Source: Haliotis cracherodii
Taxonomy: Eukaryota
Direction: 5' to 3'
Length of the DNA stretch: 64,000 nt
Assembly: GCF_022045235.1 (NCBI RefSeq)
Contig: NW_027266343.1
Location: 52,824,001-52,888,000 of the forward strand
In this document: positions 14,141-26,905 of the stretch, piece by piece
Layout: each line of letters opens with the position of its first letter
How positions within the stretch are numbered: the first letter of the stretch is position 1
Translations under genes and position numbers: made by a program
The notes under the pieces: generated by a model
The model's input: only the letters and a program-made list of their open reading frames with translations
What the model was told of the DNA's origin: nothing
Databases searched by the model: none

Positions 14141-14849
14141 CGACAAGTATGTGATAAGTATGAACATCTGAGAGAAAAGTATATCCGAAGTTTAATAATA
14201 TACATAAAGATCAAGAAGTTAATGATCAGTCTTATACAATACTTCAGCTTGGATGTTATACGTTCATGTGCCATATTGTTAGCATATATCTCTGTCAGAT
14301 AGTTTTATGTATCATGTATATCAGGTGACGAAACAAATAAAAATAAAATGTCAACTTTACAATGGGCCATTGGGCCTTAATTACCGAACTCGTTTACGAG
14401 TTGAAGCAACAGTCTATAAACGAACGGATGATCTTCATGACGAAGATTGAGACAATTCAACTCACAATAGATTATTGAAGCTTACTCGTATATTATATCG
14501 GTGTTGCTCCTTTGTACCCATTCTAATTGTCAAGACGTACAACACGCAGAGGGACGCAGGAGTTACCTCCCTTCTTTCCACGAACGCAGCAGGTGTCTGT
14601 CGGACCCGAGTGTCTTCTCCTATATTATTGTGACCCACATTTACCGCGAGATGGTACACTCCGAGCAGAGCGCTCTGTGTGATAGGGCCGCCCATAGCCT
14701 TGCTCTACAGCTGTACTAAATGATACGTCCATGGATGTATAGTAATACTCTAGGTAATAGGTAAGATCAGATAATCGTCTAAGGACCCATCCCCTCCTTT
14801 AATTAAGTAAGTAATTACTTGTCTCCAATACGTATGCTTTTGAATCACT

Positions 14850-15104
14850 CCCCCTCTCTCTCTCTCTTTCACCTCTTTCTGTCTGTCCCCCCTCTCTGTT
14901 TCTGTCTTTCTATCTCTGACTCTCTCTTTCACCTTCTCTCACTCGATCTGTCTGTACCCGTCTCTCTCTTTCTGTCTCTCTCGTTATGTCTTTAACTCTT
15001 TTTCTCTCTCTCTTTCACCTCTCTGTGTGTCTCTGTCACTCCTCTCTCTATCTCTCTCGTTCTAACTATAATTCTTTCTCTCTTTCACTCCCTCTCTCTT
15101 CCTG
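14850..15104. repeat. CT-rich microsatellite next to an assembly gap
   Basis: Imperfect (CT)n/(CTGT)n. Confidence 0.9.
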
Positions 15105-15305
15105 NNNNNNNNNNNNNNNNNNNNNNNNNNNNNNNNNNNNNNNNNNNNNNNNNNNNNNNNNNNNNNNNNNNNNNNNNNNNNNNNNNNNNNNNNNNNNNNN
15201 NNNNNNNNNNNNNNNNNNNNNNNNNNNNNNNNNNNNNNNNNNNNNNNNNNNNNNNNNNNNNNNNNNNNNNNNNNNNNNNNNNNNNNNNNNNNNNNNNNNN
15301 NNNNN
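15105..15305. other. Assembly gap
   Basis: Run of N. Confidence 1.
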
Positions 15306-15670
15306 AGTGGGAGTGATAAAACAGCACCCTGCTTTGCCCGGATCTCCGTCACACTCATGACGGAAGAGGAAGGAAGCTGCTATACGGTTTTTCTTCTGGG
15401 TGATTACTGATTATGTATCAGTTGAACCACGAAGTGTGTAACGGCTGTCACAATGTGTGAAGCCATTTCTATAAGTGCCCCTCTCTGGTTTATTGTTTAG
15501 TTTAAAAGCCAAATTAGGCAACACACGCACAATCCATTACCAGCATTATGTTTTGTACTAAAGGTATAATACATGTAATATACACCAGTTAGTTGAGATT
15601 ACAACCAACACACAAACTTTGTGTTCTCGGCAGAACGACCAAACAAGGTAAGGTAAGGTCATTGCACGGA

Positions 15671-15841
15671 CAGTACTACGTTTATAACGAACACGCTTAT
15701 AACGAACTGACCGATATAACGAACGTATTTTAGTCCCGGCAATTTGTTGTTTATATGCTGTATATATGCTTGTAACGAACTACGGTTATTACGAACTAAA
15801 ATTAGTGGTCCCCTCTAGTTCGTTATAACCGCAGTTTACTG
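15671..15841. mobile_element. Tc1/mariner (pogo/Tigger-type) MITE
   Basis: TIRs CAGTACTACGTTTATAACGAAC ... GTTCGTTATAACCGCAGTTTACTG; inverted homologue of 37751-37924. Confidence 0.8.
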
Positions 15842-15937
15842 TACATAGCGACGTGCTTCCACGTGTGTGTGTATGGCTGTTTGTGCCAGTTCGAACTTAT
15901 TCCGGGCAGACGTCCTGTCCACTACACCGACGAGGCG

Positions 15938-16444
15938 GTACCTTTAAGATCATACCGTATTTAAGACAACACTTAACAAAATTCATCGATACCTTTAAGA
16001 TCATACCGTATTTAAGACAACACTTAACAAACATCGTCGATACCTTTAAGACCATACCGTATTTAAGACAACAATTAACAAACATCATCGATACCTTTAA
16101 GACCATATCGTATTTAAGACAACACTTAACAAACATCATCGATACCTTTAAGCCATACCTTATTTAAGACAACACTTAACAAACATCGTCGATACCTTTA
16201 AGACCATACCGTATTTAAGACAACACTTAACAAACATCGTCGATACCTTTAAGACCATATCGTATTTAAGACAACACTTAACAAACATCGTCGATACCTT
16301 TAGGACCATATCGTATTTAAGACAACACTTAACAAACATCATCGATACCTTTAAGACAATACCGTATTTAAGACAACACTTAACAAACATCATCGATACC
16401 TTTAGGACCATACTGCATTTAAGACAACACTTAACAAACATCGA
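15938..16444. repeat. 51-bp minisatellite, about 10 copies
   Basis: Unit GATACCTTTAAGACCATACCGTATTTAAGACAACACTTAACAAACATCGTC. Confidence 0.95.
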
Positions 16445-17637
16445 CAGCTTGTGCATAGGGTGAAGTCAGCTACAATGTCAAAAGAGTCTTCGATCGTAAT
16501 TCAGTGTGAAACAACATCTAATTCACTAGAACAAATATCATCTACTGTTAACCACGTTTAATCGGCCTTAGTAAATATCGGAACAGAGCATTAAGGACAG
16601 ATTGGCTTGTAATAACACACAAGAAAACAGCGATAGGTTTTACAGTATTCCACATTCAATATTTTTGTGTGAGAAATTCTGATTTTCACGGAAATGAACT
16701 CCTCAGAAATATCCTTTAACGTCGAAATCATGGTGTTGCTGGTATTTTAAAACTGATAAATAATTAATTGGTAAATTTAAAATAATTTTTAGCTGCTTAT
16801 AATTCATAACATTTCTATTAAAATATCAGTGAATAAAACAGGAAGGATATTTCAACAGGAAGTGTGTTTTACATCACCGTGGTGTCTTCATTGATAAAAT
16901 TACAGTTGCGGTTTATGACGTCTCATAGTACATTGATAAGTGTATATCCCATACCGCTGTCACTAGAAGTATTAGTTGGCAATGGAATCACTGTCGTGTT
17001 GATTCTAAGCTTCCAATTCATACATATTTACACCCGACAGGGAACACATGACCTTATCAACAAGGCTTGATAAGGAACATGGGCTTCTCAACAACATTGC
17101 GGAACTGAGGGAGGATCTCCTTAATATATTTATTTGTCTTTTACGTTAATACAGTAGTTATTTCTCAAAATGTGACATAAGTACGACGTTTAGTGTGAAA
17201 GGATATATTTATCATAAATATGAATATTCTAGTTTTACCGAGACAATAGATATTCCTCGAATTGGTTAAAATGAACTCATATGATACATAGACCCAGCAA
17301 AAATGGGGAATTAGTTAACGGATGAAACAATGTCTAAACGTGAGACAACCAGCATTGCATAGACCACACAAGGAATAGCACATTATTGACTCTTAATTTT
17401 ACGTGATGAAATATGTATTCGCTCCACATGTTAAAAGTAAATGTAACATTGGGACTCGATAAACAACACATCCTCAAATCCATCCCTAATCTTAAGGAGA
17501 GAATTTAATGCAGTGACTGCTCTAGATCATTTACAATAAATACACATACGAATTCCATGTATAATGTATTATCCAAAACAACTCTCGTTGTTAATTCAAC
17601 TGTCTTACCTTACTAGTGAGCAGATGGAAAATCGCAC

Positions 17638-18104
17638 GGGGATATCCCCCAAACTATACATGTGTGCCGCGTTCGATATAGTAAATAAAATAACCTTACA
17701 TCCTGCTGATGGCGGAACTCCCTTCTCAAGATGACGTTGCTGATAAACCTACCTACTCCAAAACAGAACGACTTAGATACACATATTGTAAGGAATAGTG
17801 ACTCCGCTGTAGACACAGTGACTGGCCTTTCAACAGTGTCATTCATGTATGGATATAGTACACGGAAGACTATCACGGGACTCGTATCTTGCCTTATAGG
17901 GTCACGTGATTATGCCGATATTCATTACTACTGATAACTGGAAATGTGTGGTGACATTTTCCGTATTACAGATATTAATTGTAACCTTAAATATATTCAA
18001 GGGAGTGAAACAGGAATTTCGAAGTTCCCCTGGATTTTATGTTGATGACGAAACTAGAGGACTTCCTGTTAGTCTATTAATAACTTCAAAATAGGACATA
18101 TAAG
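17638..18104 (+). promoter_or_regulatory. Putative IAP-1 promoter with kappaB-like sites and a TATA-like box
   Basis: GGGGATATCCCC 17638-17649, GGAACTCCC 17714-17722, GGAATTTC/GAAGTTCCCC 18013-18030 and CATATAAG 18097-18104, ~75 bp before the ATG. Confidence 0.5.
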
Positions 18105-18175
18105 CGAGGTGTTACAGTGAGGCTTAACACTCTTGTGAACTGAATGGGAATCAATTCACTTACTGAATTCGCAAA

Positions 18176-18897
18176 ATGACAGCTGTTATGGCAAGACCGT
18201 GTGGTCTCCGTTCGAGTTATGCTTTAACACCGACCAGCAGTCCCGACAGAAGCGACTGTCTTGATGACGACTGCCACACAATGACAAAGCAAGCCATAAT
18301 GAAATCAGAGGTAAAGAGACTAAACTCATTCAAACTCTGGCCAGCGTGGGCGACCCAAAACCCTGCAATTTTAGCCCAAGCTGGATTCTATTACACAGGA
18401 ACAGGTGATCGAGTAGAGTGTCCCTTTTGTTTTGGTATTTTAAAACAATGGCACACAAATGATGTTCCTTTATTAGAACATATGAAGCATTTTCCTTACT
18501 GTAACTTCATCCAGGGGGGTGATGATGGTAACATACCTATAGCAGAAAGTGTACAGAACTCACCTGTTTCTCGTAGATCTGCCCAAACCCAAGGGGTTGA
18601 AGGCGGCTGTGACTATACACGAGAGGAATTGAGACTAAAATCATTTTCAAGATGGCCGCGAAATGTGTCTCAAACCCCGGAAGCCCTTGCACGAGCAGGG
18701 TTCTACCATATACCATGCGAAGAGAAGCCAGACCGTGTGAAGTGTGGTTATTGTCGAGGGAAAGTATACAACTGGGCCTGTGGAGACGACCCCTGGATTG
18801 AGCATGCAAAGTGTTTCCCGACTTGTCCCTATATAAAGCTGTGTATTGGGGAAGATGTCATCAATGATCTACTGTGCCAACAGAACGGTGTCACAAG
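18176..18897 (+). CDS. Inhibitor of apoptosis protein 1, coding exon 1 (two BIR domains)
   Basis: RLNSFKLWP...AGFYYTG...VECPFC...EHMKHFPYC and RLKSFSRWP...VKCGYC...EHAKCFPTC with Cx2C-H-C zinc ligands; donor AG|GTAGGT, phase 2. Confidence 0.95.
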
Positions 18898-19210
18898 GTA
18901 GGTTGATATATAACAATACTCACAGCTTATTTTCCTGTATTTCTAGATTTGGCACCATCCTAAACGTGCACGTGGGTTTCACCAGGGTAGTACGCGTCTA
19001 AGACTTTCTCCACCCATATCACAATGACACTGATACTGATTAAAACGGCGTTTAATCCAACTCACTCACACTCACTATTTCCAACATTGTTCAACACACA
19101 TATATGTCGAACTCGAAACAGTAATGGAAACTTTTCCTGCTGAGAGTGGAATCATACCTTGATGCTTGTTCGAACCCTGAGTACACCCCTGCCAACGAAC
19201 GATGTAAATA

Positions 19211-19374
19211 GTGAGTGAGTATTGTTTTACGCCGTTTTTAACAATATTCCAGCAATATCACGGCGGGGGACATCGGAAAATGGGCTTCACTCATTGAACC
19301 CATTTGGGGAATCGAACTCGGGTCTTCGGCGTGACGAGCCAACGCTTAAACTACTAGGCTTCCCCACCTCCCTG
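19211..19374 (-). mobile_element. SINE family 1 in the IAP-1 intron
   Basis: tRNA-like head and ACTC tail; target-site duplication (TSD) CGATGTAAATA at 19200-19210 and 19375-19385. Confidence 0.9.
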
Positions 19375-19618
19375 CGATGTAAATAAAACTTGCATGTTTG
19401 CAGTCACGATGTAAATATTATGAAGGGTGATGACGTCAACATATGTATCTGTTTTCCCTCGCGTCCATGGCCCTGAATACGTGTATGACTGCATGTATAA
19501 ATGACACATTATATAGTTTAAATATTTGTAATGGTGTGGTAAACATATGTTGATCCAAAATAAAGACTGGATTAAGACTTTTCACGCAACTATATTTTAA
19601 ATGTGTAAATATTTTCAG

Positions 19619-20192
19619 CCAAGAAAATGCGGAAGGAGTCGTGATATCAAACTCTTCTGACGAGGTTAATTCAACCGTTGACGAAGTAACACAACTCATG
19701 ATGAGTGATGCTGTTCAGGCCGTTCTCAAGATGGGATTTACGTCAGATCTCGTAAGAACTGTTGTACACAAGTGGCACACAGAACGATGTTGTGATTCAG
19801 TTTCCGCACAAGAGCTCGCCATTGCTGTTCTTGAAATAGGAGAAGGAACAGGAATTACAACAAATAACGTAAATGACACCAGAAGTTCAACGCCAAACAG
19901 ACGTGAATTACGCCATGAAGACATCAACAGACATTCATCATCTAACAGGGGCCAGATTTCAAGTCAAACACTATCGGATATGACACAAAATGTTGACCTC
20001 ATGAGAACGGTTCAAGACGAGAATGTTCACATGAGAGAGCGGTATCTGTGTAAAGTCTGTATGGAGAATCAGCTGAGGGTGACGTTCATGCCATGTGGTC
20101 ACCTGGCGTGTTGTGGTCCCTGCTCTATGGCCATGTCCGACTGTCCGATCTGCCGGACGCCCATTACAGGGTGTGTCAGGAGCTACTTTTAG
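19619..20192 (+). CDS. Inhibitor of apoptosis protein 1, coding exon 2 (UBA-like + RING); spliced product 431 aa
   Basis: Acceptor TTTTCAG, phase-compatible with exon 1; AVLKMGF UBA-like motif; RING CKVC...PCGHLACCGPC...CPICR; ends VRSYF*. Confidence 0.95.
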
Positions 20193-20879
20193 TCTTCATT
20201 GTGTTGTGTGATCAATTGTCAAGTCATGTATTGCAACCGAGACAACATGCTGGAGCACAAGGTGACTTTTCATCAAAATTTGAATATGCATGTACGTGTT
20301 GAGCTTGTTAACGATGACTCGTACACTGCAATATGAAAAGAATGAGTGTTGGTGAGGAATATCTATGTATAACAGATGTGCCGAACTACGGTTTCAACAT
20401 GAGCACACATTTACTTGTTTAATCATACAGCATTATCAGATATGATGTATATGGCAATATATTGTTGTGATAAGTTAAGGTTATACTGTCATTTTTGTTA
20501 TACGTTCGTACATTTCATCCAAAGACTTACGTATATGATATAGATATTGTGTATGACAATGATTTTCGTTATCTTGTTCTTTGATGTTTCGTTACGGGTA
20601 TTGATGTATTATTCATTTTATGTTATACTTGTTCACGTGATTTTACAATCATGTTCTTTTTAATTGTTTTTGTTTTTATCGTTTTTTAGTAGATATGTGT
20701 TGCTGCGATGTGTTAGCAGTAGTTGGTTTGGTTTGTATATATAATGTCATAAAATTGGTTGACAATAATGGCAACTGTGTCTTTAACATACAAAAGTACA
20801 CACATTTGCACGTATGGACCATGGTTTTAAAACCTCTACTTCAACATGACATGATACAGTGGAAACGTTTCGAAACCTA

Positions 20880-21965
20880 CTTAAGTGAAATAAGAGCGAC
20901 AAAACCCTTTCCGTATACATAAGAAATCTCTACCAAAAGGAGAGTCGACTGTTCGACTCGGACTATAGCATGTGCATATGAATCACTATCAAACATTGTA
21001 GACACCACGTGCTCGCGAAAAGGTGAGCCCGTAACAAACACACGCAAAGGCAAGTCAATTGCACCTGAAATAATACGAGAACGTATGGTACAAGTCAAAA
21101 TAGGGCAGTGCGTGGGACATCATTTTTGTCACTAAAAAGGAAATGTCCTCCAATGTTCTACCAAACAACCTTTGAAAGCTTCGCTGACGCCTTGAACGTT
21201 GTAACGTTGCTTAACAACTTTTGAGCAAGAGTCGTATGATCATTATTACCTACTTAATGCATCTTTACACTCGGAACGTTATCAGTTTGTTGTGCAATAT
21301 AATTAGTAATGGAACTTAAGCTCTTCGCCACCATCCACGATCATGACAGGAATTTCTGTAACGTAGCCCTGTGACGTATGTACGTGACCCAACCTGCAAA
21401 ATGCATTCGTTTCTGCATATTATAGTTGTCGTTTGCTCGAATAGTCCTGGTATTGAGAAGGGGCACGGGTGGCCCAGTCGTCTAAGGCGCCGCGATTCGC
21501 TGTGCAGAGTAGCGTGCCTTGGACACGCCAGAAACCTATGATTGTGGGATCGAATCCCGGTTCGCCCCGATTATGTTTCTAGGTTTGTAAGCACCATACC
21601 CGTGCTCGTGGGTTTCACCGAAGTGGTAAACGTCTGAGACCTGCATCACTTCGGGCGTTCCTCCCACATTAAGCTGACACGCCTTGATATAAGTGGAATA
21701 TTGTTAAAAGCGGCGTTAAACCCAACTCACTCATATCTGGGTACAAAGAGCATGCTCGATTGCACCTGAAAAGTTGTGAAATGGAGACACCAAGGATGCT
21801 GCTGCTGGTATATTGCTCGACATAAAGAGAAAATGGACCATTGCAAAGTTGAAAACTTCCCGCTTGTCATACAGTTCTGAGGATTCCCCATTGTCACTGT
21901 GAATCTGGATGCATGCATCTAAATAAGAAACAGATGAGGCAGTTTCACTGGTCTCTTCTTTCATA
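20880..21965 (-). mobile_element. Penelope-like retroelement 3' fragment, split by insertions
   Basis: SYLD...LYDKREVFNFAMVHFLFMSSNIP at 21733-21965; the continuation at 20880-21242 is homologous to 42670-42990. Confidence 0.75.
21460..21732 (+). mobile_element. SINE family 3 (tRNA head, Meta/MESC-like core), full length
   Basis: A box TGGCCCAGTCGTCTAAGG, B box GGATCGAATCCC, tail GCGGCGTTAAACCCAACTCACTCA. Confidence 0.88.
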
Positions 21966-21974
21966 TATATATTC

Positions 21975-22012
<38 letters not shown>

Positions 22013-22028
22013 CTAGTTCAGATGGATA

Positions 22029-22194
22029 GGGGCGGTCGGGTAGCCTATTGGTTAAAGCGTTCGCTACTCAAGCCGAAGACCCGGGTTCGATTCCCGACAT
22101 GGGTACATTGTGTGAAGCCCATTTCTGGTGTCCCCTGCCGTGATATTGCTGGAATATTGCTAAAAGCGGCGTAAAACCATACTCACTCAATCAC
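22029..22194 (+). mobile_element. SINE family 1 (tRNA-Asp/Glu-like head), full length
   Basis: TAGCCTATTGGTTAAAGCG...GGTTCGATTCCC; TSD TCAGATGGATA at 22018-22028 and 22195-22205. Confidence 0.92.
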
Positions 22195-23856
22195 TCAGAT
22201 GGATAATTCACTGGAAGGGAGTTGGTAAGTAAGACATAGAGGAGAATCAGTAATAGTATTATGACAATGGGTTGGCTGAATTTAAAGAAACTGGTTTCAC
22301 ATTCTTTCACACGAACCTAATATACCTCGCGATAACGGGTAATGCTTACTTTACACTACGGGACATGAAACAATGGTACATCATCTAGATTCATTCGCTC
22401 CGGGGGTAATAGCACGTTACTAGAAGCTATTTAATTATTTCCTGATTAATTAAATTAGTCTTTCTCTAATTATACCAATAGTCTCTCTAAACGTTATTGG
22501 GTGCAGTTACTTCCCTTTATACGGTGAGCAGACAACATAAGACGGAAACACATCAACGTCAGCTCATTTCATCGTTCATTGATTAAAAAGCATACCATTG
22601 TATAGAGATTTGCAGGTCAGACACAGCTTCGATTTTAATTTGCAAAACCGAGGAACAGATTTCGTTAAGCGCGACTTCGGGTACATATGATCTGTTAGAT
22701 CAAGGAAGTAAACGGGTATTGTGTATTCCCACCTCAGCGTAATAGGGCCTCTTCTATCCTCGATTATACGTTTTCGTCATGAAACTAAAAAAATGAATTC
22801 GGTCACATATATATTCAGTATGCATTCCAACCGCCATGACTGTCTATACGTAATACTAGACTACGTCATATATGGAAGTATAAGCCTTACCATATGTTCA
22901 AATTTTGTTTTTTGTCACTGAGATCATTAGAATTCTTGTAAATATTCAAAGTTTGAAGACGTACGTGTATGTATGATGTTATTGATCAAAACAACGTGCA
23001 TTAAAAATGGCAATATTTATACTGTGTTGACATATTTCAAATAAATTTAAATGTTTGAAATTTAATTTGGTTTTCTTTGACGGATAAATGGGTCCATTGC
23101 TTAGCTTTGGAAAAGGATATCTATTATATGGAGACTATTCCAAATGTGCTTTACACTCCAAGAGCATTGGAACACTGTTAATTTGAGCAGTTGCCGGCAT
23201 GTAACAAATGATGTAACAGTTAGGGTGAGACGTGGAATGCGAAGATATTATATGTGGACGGACTGCACCGGTGTGTTTCACAATCATTACGTCACATACC
23301 CATGGTGTACATTCATTGACACGACACGTTGACACGTTGGACTATCACTAGGTCACATTGACGATGTATAGGTAGATCTACAACCAGCACGTGTCTCATG
23401 AAGGTTTCCAAGTATCAACTATCAACTGACATCGGTACGAGACTATCAATATAACAGTCCACTACTTCACCAGAATTAAGCATACATACATGGACATGAA
23501 GGTTCATTCATATATGCTATAAATAGCGACATGAAGCCGAGCGATCTGTCTGCAACAGACAATCGCTATTTGTATGTTATCGCTGAAACGGATTATCAAA
23601 GTGATATTGTGGGTGTTTTTACGGTGCTATTTCTTTGACAAAAACACACGATCTTGAAGTAATTACGAATAGTGTATCAAGAGCTGGTATTTTGTAATAA
23701 ATAACGGAAACTCCAGTGTGACGTCGATCGTCTATTTATAGCATTGGGTAAACACGCTTTAACCTCGCCTATATAGGCAGTCGATTGAGTGAAATGCTCA
23801 ATCAGCTACAGGGTGTGCGGTTACAAGTATCACTATATAGCATTTACTAAGCAAAG

Positions 23857-24572
23857 ATGACTGCTATGATTTCAAGGCCTTGTGAAATCCATCAAGGGTA
23901 TATATATGATCCTGCTTGTACCTTACACCATATAAGCTATCTTAATGAAGCCTCCCGAGCAATGGCGGAGGCATCTCGCATGGAATCAGAAATAAATAGA
24001 CTAAACTCGTTCAAATACTGGCCAACATGGGCAACCCAGAGTCCAGCTAGTTTGGCTAAAGCTGGATTGTATTACACAGGAAGAGAGGACAGGGTTGAGT
24101 GCCCCTTTTGTTTTGGTGTTTTAAAAAAATGGCAGGCTGGTGATAGTCCTCTACAAGAACATAGGACGCATTTTCCTTATTGTAACTTCATCCAGGGGAA
24201 TGATGTTGGTAACATACCCATAGAAGAAAAAGTCCAGACCTGGCCATCTGTTCCACACGCAACTCCAGAAGCTGCCCAGACTACAGGCTCCTGTGACTAT
24301 ACACGAGAGGCCAACAGGTTAAAATCATTTTCAAGATGGCCGCGAAATATGTCTCAAACCCCGGAAGCCCTTGCACGAGCAGGGTTCTACCATATACCAT
24401 GCGAGGAGAAGCCAGACCGTGTGAAGTGTGCCTATTGTCGAGGGAAAGTATACAACTGGGCCTGTGGAGACGACCCCTGGATTGAGCATGCAAAGTGTTT
24501 CCCGACTTGCCCCTATATAAAGCTGTGCAAAGGGAACGATACCGATGACCTTCAGCGCCACCCACACAAGAG
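23857..24572 (+). CDS. Inhibitor of apoptosis protein 2, coding exon 1 (two BIR domains)
   Basis: Two intact BIR domains; donor AG|GTATGT, phase 2, same position as in IAP-1; TATATAGG ~85 bp upstream. Confidence 0.95.
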
Positions 24573-24751
24573 GTATGTTGATATATATCAAATTATATGC
24601 ATGATTTATTACAAACATCGATATCTTAATCATGTATTTGCTATTGTTTTTGTAAATATACATAATTCTGTAAAAATATTAAATATTAATATTAATTGGA
24701 AATGTTAGATCTGATATTTTGTAATATAATATATATTTTGTATATTTTCAG

Positions 24752-25319
24752 TACTGGGAACAAGACGGAAACTATGTTTAAATTACATTCTTCTGAATCG
24801 GAAGTTGACGAAGTTACACAACTCATGATGAGTGATGCTGTTCAGGCCGTTCTCCAGATGGGATTTACGTCAGACCTCGTGAGAACTGTTGTACACAAGT
24901 GGCACACAGAACGATGTTGTGATTCAGTTTCCGCACAAGAGCTCGCCATTGCTGTTCTAGCAATAGGAGAAGAAACAGGAATTACAACAAATAACGTAAA
25001 TGACACCAGAAGTTCAACGCCAAACAGACGTGAATTACGCCATGAAGACATCAACAGACATTCATCATCTGACAGGGGCCAGATTTCAAGTCAAACACTA
25101 TCGGATATGACACAAAATGTTGGCCTCGTGAAAACGGTTCAAGACGAGAATGTTCACATGAGAGAGCGGTATCTGTGTAAAGTCTGTATGGAGAATCAGC
25201 TGAGGGTGACGTTCCTGCCATGTGGTCACCTGGCGTGTTGTGGTCCCTGCTCTATGGCCATGTCCGACTGTCCGATCTGCCGGACGCCCATTACAGGGTG
25301 TGTCAGGAGCTACTTCTAG
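24752..25319 (+). CDS. Inhibitor of apoptosis protein 2, coding exon 2 (UBA-like + RING); spliced product 427 aa
   Basis: Acceptor TTTTCAG in compatible phase; 179-bp intron; intact RING. Confidence 0.95.
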
Positions 25320-26327
25320 ATACAATTGTTTCGTCTTGTCTTGTTTTCTTGGGCCCGGGACACTTATACATGGACTGAACTGAACACATACGTGCAGAAG
25401 TAACGCTGGAATTTTATCGAAAAACAGAATTTGTCCACGAAACTTCTTAAAAAAATAATCATGCTTCATATTGTTGGGGAAAAGGTAATTGTCTGCATTG
25501 TTGCAATGTGTTTTTAGAACAAATATATTTGGCTCATAGTTCTAATTAATGAATATTACATGGTCGGTCCTAATGAGTCAATGACATGAAGTGTGGTGAT
25601 CAAAGTGCTCTAATCGTTGAGGACCAGCACAGGGGACTATTTACACCCCTAGTGTTTTTTCAAGGACACATTATTTTTAATGGACACTTTGAATCACCCG
25701 AAGTTCTCACAAATTCAAGTCAAAGATGAAATTATCCAATTTATGTTGTGATTGATCTTACACTTCAAAAATTGTGTTTGTTGCTGGACTTGTAGAACAT
25801 GAAAATGTTTACATTTATATCACATTTGTGCCAAAATAGCATTTTACGCTATGTGTATTGATCGATAGTTATAGTTCTGTGGTATCTGAGTCTTGTAAAT
25901 CCACATGTACTCGTTTATTTATTTTGGTTGTTATTGTTTTTACTACTGTGATATCATACGTACGTAGCATTGCTCATTGATATATGTTTATGTGTCCTCA
26001 GGTGGAAGAATATATGTTGATATTGATATTGATCTTGGAATAGTTATTTGTTTGTATGCAAGTCTTTCATGATAATGACTGTTAACATGGCAATAACATT
26101 TTTCTTTCTGTTGTTTTCTGTTGTTTCTGACATTTGTGTGACGTGATATATATATTTAACAAAGCTTCATGTCTCTTGCATCATTGATCATACATTTATA
26201 TTTATTTTTATACATACAATACAACGATGGAACTTTGAATGTCACCTTTACATGCCTTTATTTGCATCATAAATAATAAAGCAATTGTTAATGTTACCAT
26301 GAAATAAATTTTGTTAACTATATTTGA

Positions 26328-26680
26328 GGTGAGGTGAGGTGAAATTGGGTTTAACGTCGCGTGCAAGATTATTGCACTTATATAGCGACGTGCTTGCACG
26401 TGTGTGTGTGGCTGCTTGTACTAGTCCGGACTGATGCCGATTTATAGTGCTAGCTCACTGAGATACCATGCCGCAGTTTAACACGAATACCCCACTCAGA
26501 CACAGTATACTGACTCCGAGCAGACCAGTCCTTGTTTTAGCCCCTTAATGCCGAGCGCCAGACAGGGTAACAACAAGTACAATCTTTTAACGTCTTTTTG
26601 TATGACGCGGCCTGGGATCGAACCCTGGACCTTCCGCTCTTCGGGCGGACGCTCTACCACAAGACCACGGAGGCGGTCGC
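26328..26680 (-). mobile_element. SINE family 2, full length
   Basis: tRNA-like head, (ACCTC)n tail; TSD TAACTATATTTGA at 26315-26327 and 26681-26693. Confidence 0.93.
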
Positions 26681-26744
26681 TAACTATATTTGAATTGTAC
26701 TTGGTTTATTGGAATTCGCCCTGTGGGAATTCCGTGCTCTTATA

Positions 26745-26905
26745 AGACCCTAGGACGCGTGCGAGGCGACTAGGTGGATTGGGTGGTGAGGCTCGGTCAG
26801 GAAGGTGATTGCGTCTCTTCCTACAAGAATGGCTTGGGTCGTTGCCCACAGTATCGAACACTGGGTTGCCTGGTCCAGATTATTGACATTATTTATAGGT
26901 GTTAA
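26745..26905 (+). mobile_element. SINE family 4 (Nin/Deu-domain-like), degenerate
   Basis: GGATTGGGTGGTGAGGCTCGG... is homologous to the reverse complement of 58772-59041. Confidence 0.6.

Noticed and set aside
14501-14719. Possible secreted peptide ORF with a GRR site
   Set aside because: No ATG start, no clear splice signals and no recognisable homology.
1400-16444. Repeat arrays as CRISPR loci
   Set aside because: Units are head-to-tail with no unique spacers, there are no cas genes, and the context is eukaryotic.
22029-22105. tRNA genes at SINE heads (also 21460, 30088, 41935, 44755, 51817)
   Set aside because: A/B boxes are present but run into SINE bodies with tails and often TSDs; no convincing acceptor stem.
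18537-25469. Antisense ORFs over the IAP exons; alternative-frame ORFs over Tc1, SINEs, temptin exons and N-gaps elsewhere
   Set aside because: These are shadows of real coding frames, repeats or gap read-through.
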